Positions 57,492-64,000 of a stretch of DNA of 64,000 nt are shown piece by piece. The DNA is from Deferribacterales bacterium. GTDB lineage: Bacteria > Chrysiogenota > Deferribacteres > Deferribacterales > Geovibrionaceae. Position numbers and translations under genes: made by a program. The stretch covers positions 1 through 64,000 of the forward strand of contig JBFWLW010000011.1 in assembly GCA_050251945.1 (NCBI GenBank). The letters run 5' to 3'. Each line of letters begins with the position of its first letter. Positions within the stretch are counted from its first letter, which is position 1. The notes under the pieces are model-generated. The model was not told the DNA's origin. It did not search any database and saw only the letters and a program-made list of their open reading frames with translations.

Positions 57492-59405
57492 ATGAATATT
57501 TATCTTCCCGATGGCGCAAAGCTTGAACTCGAAGACGGCTCAACCGCTTTCGACGTGGCAAACACCATCAGCAAAGGACTGGCAAAAAACGCTCTCGCCG
57601 CAGAGGTGAACGGCAAACTTGTTGATATCTACGCCCCTGTCGGCGATAACGATAAAGTTAGAATCATAACGGAAAAAGATACGGAAGCTCTGGAAATTCT
57701 CCGTCACTCAACAGCACACCTCATGGCGCAGGCTGTTCAGAGGATCTTTAAAGAAGCGAAAGTGACAATTGGTCCCGTTATCAAAGACGGATTTTATTAT
57801 GACTTTGACATGGGCGACAAAAAATTCACCCCCGAAGACCTCGAAGCCATTGAAAAAGAGATGGCGAAAATAGCCGCAGAGGCTCTGCCCTGCCGCCGCC
57901 GTGACGTTTCAGCCGACGAGGCAAGAAAAGAGTTCGCAAACGAAAGTTATAAACTTGAACTTATCGACATAATCGGTGAGGATCACGTTTCGCTCTACAC
58001 TCAGGGAAATTTTACAGACCTCTGCCGCGGACCGCACCTTGACAATACCAAACGCATAAAGCACTTCAAACTGCTTTCAGTTGCGGGTGCATACTGGCGC
58101 GGCGACGAAAAGAACAAAATGCTCCAGCGTATTTATGGAACAAGCTGGTTCAAAAAGGACGAGCTTGACGCATATCTGAACATGCTGGAAGAGGCGAAAA
58201 AACGTGACCACCGCAAACTTGGCAAACAGCTTAAGCTGTTCACCATAGAGGATGAAGTGGGCGCAGGATTTCCCATATACCTCCCCCGCGGCGGCGCACT
58301 GCGTGCCGTTCTGGAGGAATTCGAACGTAAGGAACACATTAAACGCGGATATGATATAGTGTACGGTCCCCAGATACTCAAACAGGATCTTTGGAAGCTT
58401 TCCGGTCACTACGACAACTACCGCGAGAACATGTATTTCACAACGATAGACGACGTGGCGTTTGGCGTTAAGCCTATGAACTGCCTTGCTCACATGATGG
58501 TGTTCAAGTCTGAGATGAGAAGCTATCGCGATCTGCCCCAGAGATATTTCGAGCTTGGCACAGTTCACCGTCATGAAAAATCCGGCGTTCTTCACGGGCT
58601 TATGCGTGTGCGTGCGTTCACACAGGACGATGCACATATCCTCTGCACACCGGAACAACTCAACGACGAGATCATCGGTATCATAGATTTCGTGAACGAC
58701 GTGATGAGTATCTTCGGTTTCGAGTTTGAGATAGAGGTTTCAACCCGTCCCGAAAAATTCATCGGCTCCACCGAGAACTGGGAAAAAGCGACCAACGCTC
58801 TTTTCAACGCTCTGAAGGTCAAGGGACTGCCATATGAGATAAACGAAGGCGACGGCGCCTTCTATGGTCCCAAGATTGATATCAAGCTTAAAGATGCCAT
58901 CGGACGCTTCTGGCAGTGTGCAACAATTCAGGTTGACTTCAACCTGCCCGAACGTTTTGACCTTAACTATATAGGTGAAGACGGACAGAAACACAGACCC
59001 GTTATGCTCCACAGAGTAATTCTCGGTTCTGTGGACAGATTTATAGGCGTTCTTACAGAACACTTTGCAGGTAACTTTCCTCTCTGGATATCGCCTGTGC
59101 AGGTGCGCGTGATAAACATCACGGATGCGCAGTTTGATTATTGCAAAGGACTGGTGGCAAAGCTGAAAGAAGAAGGATTCCGTGTGGATTCAGACCTCCG
59201 CAACGAGAAGGTCGGATTCAAAATCCGCGAGGCGCAGCTTGAGAAGATACCCCACATGATAATCATCGGTCAGAAAGAGATGGATGAAAATCTTGTTTCT
59301 ATACGTTTGCGCAACGGTGAAACAAAAAATGAGCTTGCTTTTTCAGAGTACATTAGTGTATTAAAAGAGCTTGACCAAAATAAGACATTGAACCTCTGGA
59401 GGTGA
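57492..59405 (+). CDS. thrS: Threonine--tRNA ligase
   Basis: TGS domain, [30 protein letters not shown] and FTQDDAH. Confidence 0.98.
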   Translation: MNIYLPDGAKLELEDGSTAFDVANTISKGLAKNALAAEVNGKLVDIYAPVGDNDKVRIITEKDTEALEILRHSTAHLMAQAVQRIFKEAKVTIGPVIKDGFYYDFDMGDKKFTPEDLEAIEKEMAKIAAEALPCRRRDVSADEARKEFANESYKLELIDIIGEDHVSLYTQGNFTDLCRGPHLDNTKRIKHFKLLSVAGAYWRGDEKNKMLQRIYGTSWFKKDELDAYLNMLEEAKKRDHRKLGKQLKLFTIEDEVGAGFPIYLPRGGALRAVLEEFERKEHIKRGYDIVYGPQILKQDLWKLSGHYDNYRENMYFTTIDDVAFGVKPMNCLAHMMVFKSEMRSYRDLPQRYFELGTVHRHEKSGVLHGLMRVRAFTQDDAHILCTPEQLNDEIIGIIDFVNDVMSIFGFEFEIEVSTRPEKFIGSTENWEKATNALFNALKVKGLPYEINEGDGAFYGPKIDIKLKDAIGRFWQCATIQVDFNLPERFDLNYIGEDGQKHRPVMLHRVILGSVDRFIGVLTEHFAGNFPLWISPVQVRVINITDAQFDYCKGLVAKLKEEGFRVDSDLRNEKVGFKIREAQLEKIPHMIIIGQKEMDENLVSIRLRNGETKNELAFSEYISVLKELDQNKTLNLWR

Positions 59406-59408
59406 TAT

Positions 59409-59966
59409 ATAAAGGTCGGCGGCAAATTCGGTCCCAGTGTGGACAAAGAACGGATTAACGAAGCTATTCCCCATAAAGAGGTAAGGCTTGTTTTGGATGA
59501 CGGGACACAGTATGGCGTGTGTTCCATAGACGAGGCTTTAAAGCTGGCTGATAAAGCGGGGCTTGACCTTGTTGAGGTTGCTCCCACGGCAAAACCTCCT
59601 GTCTGCCGTGTCATGGACTACGGCAAATTCAAATTTGAAAAAGAGAAAAAAGACAGGGAAGCCAGAAAAAAACAGCGCCAGAATCAGGTGGACACAAAGG
59701 AAGTTAAATTCCGTCCGAAAATTGAGGAACACGATTATAACGTCAAGCTGAAGGCGGTACGCAAGTTCCTTGAGGCCGGAGACAAAGTCAAGGTAATCCT
59801 TCGATACAGAGGACGCGAGATGATGTTTCAGGAAGCCGGAATGGAATTACTTAATAAAGTCAAGGCCGACGTCGCAGATGTCGGTATCGTTGACCAGAAA
59901 CCAGAGATGATGGGTAAACAGCAAATCATGATGATTTCACCTACTGCATCTCCGGCTGGAAACTAA
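59409..59966 (+). CDS. infC: Translation initiation factor IF-3 (probable ATA start)
   Basis: PPVCRVMDYGKFKF and KEVKFRPKI motifs; in-frame ATA 6 nt after GGAGG. Confidence 0.95.
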   Translation: MKVGGKFGPSVDKERINEAIPHKEVRLVLDDGTQYGVCSIDEALKLADKAGLDLVEVAPTAKPPVCRVMDYGKFKFEKEKKDREARKKQRQNQVDTKEVKFRPKIEEHDYNVKLKAVRKFLEAGDKVKVILRYRGREMMFQEAGMELLNKVKADVADVGIVDQKPEMMGKQQIMMISPTASPAGN

Positions 59967-59984
59967 TTTAGAGGAGTTTTCTAA

Positions 59985-60182
59985 ATGCCGAAAATGAAGA
60001 CCCATAAGGGCGCCGCAAAAAGGTTTAAAATTACCGGAAGCGGCAAAGTTAAAGCAAAGAAATGTAGTCTCAGACACATTCTGACAAAAAAGACTACGAA
60101 ACGTAAGCGTGCGCTGCGCCAATCCACCATCCTTGAGGGCAAAGATGCGCAGAATATTAAAATTTTGCTGCCCTATATGTAA
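59985..60182 (+). CDS. rpmI: 50S ribosomal protein L35
   Basis: [15 protein letters not shown]; canonical operon position. Confidence 0.97.
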   Translation: MPKMKTHKGAAKRFKITGSGKVKAKKCSLRHILTKKTTKRKRALRQSTILEGKDAQNIKILLPYM

Positions 60183-60200
60183 GGATTAAGGAGGTTAACA

Positions 60201-60548
60201 GTGCCAAGAGCAAAAGGCGGTTTTAAAACCCGCAGAAGAAGAAAAGAGTGGCTGAAACGCTCCAAAGGTTTCAGAGGACAGATTAATAACGTCTACAAAA
60301 AGAGCCGCGAGGCGGTTGAGCGTGCGCTTAACTTCGCATTCGCAGGCAGAAAACAGAAAAAACGTGATTTCAGAAAACTGTGGATCATCCGTATCAATGC
60401 CGCAGTTCGCCAGCACGGACTCAGCTACAGTGCATTCATGGGCGGTCTGAAAAAACTCGGTATCGAGCTGGACAGAAAAGTCCTCGCCGATATGGCGGTT
60501 AAAAGCCCCGCCGAATTTGAACAGCTTTGCAAGCAGGTTAAAGCCTGA
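60201..60548 (+). CDS. rplT: 50S ribosomal protein L20
   Basis: [19 protein letters not shown] and [10 protein letters not shown]. Confidence 0.97.
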   Translation: MPRAKGGFKTRRRRKEWLKRSKGFRGQINNVYKKSREAVERALNFAFAGRKQKKRDFRKLWIIRINAAVRQHGLSYSAFMGGLKKLGIELDRKVLADMAVKSPAEFEQLCKQVKA

Positions 60549-60561
60549 TTAAGCTAAAACA

Positions 60562-60588
60562 GAGGGGAGCCAAAAGCTCCCCTTTTTT
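60562..60588 (+). terminator. Intrinsic terminator after rplT
   Basis: AGGGGAGC-CAAAA-GCTCCCCT followed by a T-run. Confidence 0.8.
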
Positions 60589-60631
60589 ATACAGCCTCAA
60601 GAGGGCTTGGAGCTGTGTAAAAAATTAAAGA

Positions 60632-60704
60632 GAGATTGCTTCGTCAGGTATACCTTCCTCGCAAAGACATCTATTCGTCTCCGCGAGCATCTGCGAAGCG
60701 GTCT
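60632..60704. repeat. REP/MITE-like palindromic repeat, copy 4
   Basis: GAGATTGCTTCGTC...CCTCGCAAAGAC...GTCTCCGCGAG...CGAAGCGGTCT. Confidence 0.75.
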
Positions 60705-60740
60705 AATCCATCTGCCTACAATCCCTAAGGGAGAAAATAC

Positions 60741-61754
60741 ATGCAAGTCGATTTGAACTCTATCAGACTATTTGAAACGGAGATTGCACAGGCAACCTCC
60801 ACACAGCAGCTTTATGAGGTTAAAGTCAAGTACCTCGGCAAAAAAGGTATCATAAGCGAACTCAGCAAACAGCTCAAAGACGTTCCCAACGAACAGAAAA
60901 AAGAGTTCGGCATGATGATAGGCGAGCTTCGCAATTCTTTTGAGGCTCAGCACGAAGCGCAGGAGAAAAAACTTGCGCAGGCGGAACTTTCCGCAAAACT
61001 TACGGGCGAATCACTGGATATAACCATGTCGGGACTTCCTCTGGTCAGCGGAAGCATTCACCCCATTATGTCCGTTTACTATGAAATAGTTAATATATTC
61101 ACATCCATGGGCTTTGAAGTGGCTGTCGGTCCCGAGGCGGAATCTGATCAGTTCAACTTTGAAATGCTCAACATCCCCAAAGAACACCCCGCGAGGGACA
61201 TGCAGGATACGTTTTACATATCCGAAGATATCCTTCTGCGTACCCATACTTCCCCTGTTCAGGCGAGAACGATGCAGTCTCAGGAACCTCCTGTGAAGAT
61301 CATCGCCCCCGGCAAAGTTTACAGATGCGATTATGACCTGACCCATACACCGATGTTTCATCAGGTGGAAGGGCTTCTGGTGGATAAAGGAATAACTTTC
61401 GGCGACCTGAAGGGCACGCTTACGGAATTCATTCAGCGCATGTTCGGAAAGGATATTCCCGTGCGTTTCCGCCCCAGCTTCTTCCCGTTCACTGAACCCA
61501 GCGCAGAAGTGGACATGGGTTGTGTTATCTGCGGACAGAAAGGCTGTCGTGTGTGCAAAGGCACAGGCTGGCTTGAGATTCTGGGCTGCGGAATGGTGAA
61601 CAACGAAGTTTTCAAACACGCAGGATACGATACCGACGTATACAGCGGCTTCGCCTTCGGAATGGGCATAGAGCGCATAACCATGCTTAAATACGGCATA
61701 GGCGACCTTCGCTCATTCTTTGAAAACAACCTGAAATTTTTAAGGCAGTTTTAA
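60741..61754 (+). CDS. pheS: Phenylalanine--tRNA ligase alpha subunit
   Basis: HPARDMQDTFY, LLRTHTSPVQ, FRPSFFPFTEPS and GFAFGMGIER. Confidence 0.98.
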   Translation: MQVDLNSIRLFETEIAQATSTQQLYEVKVKYLGKKGIISELSKQLKDVPNEQKKEFGMMIGELRNSFEAQHEAQEKKLAQAELSAKLTGESLDITMSGLPLVSGSIHPIMSVYYEIVNIFTSMGFEVAVGPEAESDQFNFEMLNIPKEHPARDMQDTFYISEDILLRTHTSPVQARTMQSQEPPVKIIAPGKVYRCDYDLTHTPMFHQVEGLLVDKGITFGDLKGTLTEFIQRMFGKDIPVRFRPSFFPFTEPSAEVDMGCVICGQKGCRVCKGTGWLEILGCGMVNNEVFKHAGYDTDVYSGFAFGMGIERITMLKYGIGDLRSFFENNLKFLRQF

Positions 61755-61768
61755 GGCGGAGGAACAAA

Positions 61769-64000
61769 ATGAAGATAAGCATAAATTGGATAAACGAATT
61801 TGTAGATACAACCGGAATCGACATGCAGGAGCTCGCCGCCAAACTTACCATGGCAGGTCTTGAGGTTGAATCCGTTGAAACGAAAAGCAGACTTGAGAAC
61901 GTTGTCGTTGCTAAAGTCCTGAAATGCGAAAAACACCCCGATGCGGACAAGCTGTCACTCTGCGTTGTTTCAACAGGCGATGCCGAGTATCAGGTTGTAT
62001 GCGGCGCACCGAACGTAAAAGCAGGACAGACGGTTGTTTTCGCCATGATCGGCGCTGAACTGCCGGGCGGATTTAAGATAAAGAAAGCCAAAATACGCGG
62101 TACTGAATCGTCAGGAATGATATGCGCGGAAGACGAAATAGGCATTTCCGACGACCACGACGGCATTATGATACTTCCCGACCATCTTGAAGCCGGTATG
62201 GATGTTAACGATTACCTTGGTCTTCCCGACACCGTAATGGAGATCGGTATAACTCCTAACAGGGCGGACTGCCTCTGTATGGCGGGTTATGCAAGGGAGA
62301 TTGCGGCTCTTTACGGTCTTAAACTGAAAGAGAGAAGCTGGAACCTCACGGAAACAGACGACAAAGCCGAAAACTACGGCGGAGTTGTAATTGAGAATAA
62401 AGAGGCTTGCCCGACATACATGGGCAGGGTGATAAAAGACGTTAAAATAGGTCCGTCGCCCGTGTGGATGCAGAACCGTCTGCGCGCAGTGGGTGTACGC
62501 CCCATCAGCAACGTCGTTGACGTTACCAACTATGTTATGTTCGAGTACGGTCAGCCGCTCCATACGTTCGACCTGCGCGAAATTGACGGCAAGATAATCA
62601 TCCGCAATGCAAAAGCAGGCGAAAAACTACTCCTGCTGGATGAAAAAGAGCGCACTTTCAATGAAGAGATGCTCCTTATCACCGACGAAAAGAAGATTCT
62701 TGCTCTGGCAGGCGTTATGGGCGGTGAACACTCAGGTATCAGCAATGATACCAAAGACGTGTTCCTTGAGTGTGCATATTTCGAGCCGAAACAGACAAGA
62801 AAAACAGCAAGAAAACTCGGAATGACTTCCGATGCAGCATACAGATATGAAAGGGGCGCAGACCCTGCGAACCCCGTTAAGATGGTTGACTACGCCGCGT
62901 ATCTTCTTCAGGAGGTTGCTGGCGGGAAAGTTTGTAAAGGAAAGCTTGGCGAATATGCCGAACCTGCAGAGAAAAAAGTCACAGTGGACACTAAATGGAT
63001 CAACGGTTATCTGGGAACGTCAATTTCCGGCGAACAGATAATAAGAATACTGTCCGATCTGCACCTGAAACCAGTTGTTGACGGTACTTCAGTGACTGTC
63101 ACAGCACCTTCCTACAGAGTGGATATAGTGTCCGATCAGGATATCGCGGAAGAGGTTGCGAGGATGTACGGTTACGACAATATCCCCACAACGCTTCCCC
63201 GCATAGATGCCGATTCAAAACCCATGAGCAGACTGCTCAGCGCAAGACGCGACATCGGTTATCAGATGAAGACAATGGGCTTTAACGAGGCTATAAACTA
63301 CTCGTTCATGAAGGATGATTTCCTTAAACTGTTCGATGATGAAGCCAAGTTCGTGATACTTCTGAACCCCATATCAGAGGACATGAACACCCTGCGAACT
63401 CTTGTGTTCCCCGGTCTTCTGGCTGCGATAAAATATAACCTTAACAATGGTTTCAAGCAGGCTCGCTTCTTCGAGTTCGCTTCGTCTTTCATAAAGACTG
63501 ACAAACTGCCGGAACAGCGCATGAAGTTTGCGGCGGCTGTAGCAGGCGATTTCTGGTCAATGAGCTGGGCGGCACCGAAAGCGATAGAGCCTTTCTTCGC
63601 TCTTAAAGGCGTGCTTGAAAACGTGCTGAACGCATACAAGATCAAGGCTGAATATGCCAGAAGCGAAAGACATTTCCTTCACCCCGGCAAAGCGGCTGAG
63701 ATACTCGTGGGCGGTAAGTCCGTCGGTTTCATAGGTGAGCTTCACCCCGCAGTTGCCGACGAAGCTGACATTCGTGAGAGCGTTGTGCTGTTCGAGGTAG
63801 ATGTGGAAGAAATGATTGATAGTGCAACATTCCAGTACAAATTTGCGGAATTCAGCAAGTTCCCGTCAGTTTACAAGGATATTTCCGTTGTGGTTGACCG
63901 TTCGACCGCTTCCGTTGACATGATAAATTGTATAAAAGGCACCAGCAAGCTTGCGGAAGACGCATTTTTGTTCGACGTTTATGCCGGAAAGGGCATAGAA
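61769..64000 (+). CDS. pheT: Phenylalanine--tRNA ligase beta subunit (3' truncated by the window edge)
   Basis: ATG after GGAGG; translates MKISINWINEFV...HPDADKL...VVCGAPNV...ITPNRADCL; directly after pheS. Confidence 0.95.
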   Translation, partial: MKISINWINEFVDTTGIDMQELAAKLTMAGLEVESVETKSRLENVVVAKVLKCEKHPDADKLSLCVVSTGDAEYQVVCGAPNVKAGQTVVFAMIGAELPGGFKIKKAKIRGTESSGMICAEDEIGISDDHDGIMILPDHLEAGMDVNDYLGLPDTVMEIGITPNRADCLCMAGYAREIAALYGLKLKERSWNLTETDDKAENYGGVVIENKEACPTYMGRVIKDVKIGPSPVWMQNRLRAVGVRPISNVVDVTNYVMFEYGQPLHTFDLREIDGKIIIRNAKAGEKLLLLDEKERTFNEEMLLITDEKKILALAGVMGGEHSGISNDTKDVFLECAYFEPKQTRKTARKLGMTSDAAYRYERGADPANPVKMVDYAAYLLQEVAGGKVCKGKLGEYAEPAEKKVTVDTKWINGYLGTSISGEQIIRILSDLHLKPVVDGTSVTVTAPSYRVDIVSDQDIAEEVARMYGYDNIPTTLPRIDADSKPMSRLLSARRDIGYQMKTMGFNEAINYSFMKDDFLKLFDDEAKFVILLNPISEDMNTLRTLVFPGLLAAIKYNLNNGFKQARFFEFASSFIKTDKLPEQRMKFAAAVAGDFWSMSWAAPKAIEPFFALKGVLENVLNAYKIKAEYARSERHFLHPGKAAEILVGGKSVGFIGELHPAVADEADIRESVVLFEVDVEEMIDSATFQYKFAEFSKFPSVYKDISVVVDRSTASVDMINCIKGTSKLAEDAFLFDVYAGKGIE

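Overview
Chromosomal segment of an anaerobic Gram-negative respirer. The gene content suggests Deferribacterota (Denitrovibrio/Seleniivibrio-like), which is an inference. Left part: the end of an IS630-type element, actP/DUF485 plus a DUF294 nucleotidyltransferase, a B12-riboswitch-controlled metE, a Tn7/Tn5053-like transposon end next to an unknown gene and a RES-Xre toxin-antitoxin pair, envelope genes and rpsT. Centre (about 23-55 kb): a dense anaerobic-respiration region. It holds three paralogous modules of periplasmic flavoprotein + tetraheme cytochrome + MFS transporter (two with an OprD-type porin), each with its own regulator. It also holds a porin/hexaheme cytochrome/lipoprotein-DmsAB operon that looks like an outer-surface molybdoenzyme, and a TorZ/BisC-like reductase; these share a three-promoter direct-repeat regulon with a two-component system. 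Right part: a HipBST-type system, a tRNA-Leu with the rare AAG anticodon, and thrS-infC-rpmI-rplT-pheS-pheT (pheT truncated by the window edge). A REP/MITE-like repeat occurs four times. No CRISPR array or rRNA was seen. All calls come from reading motifs by eye; no database searches were run.
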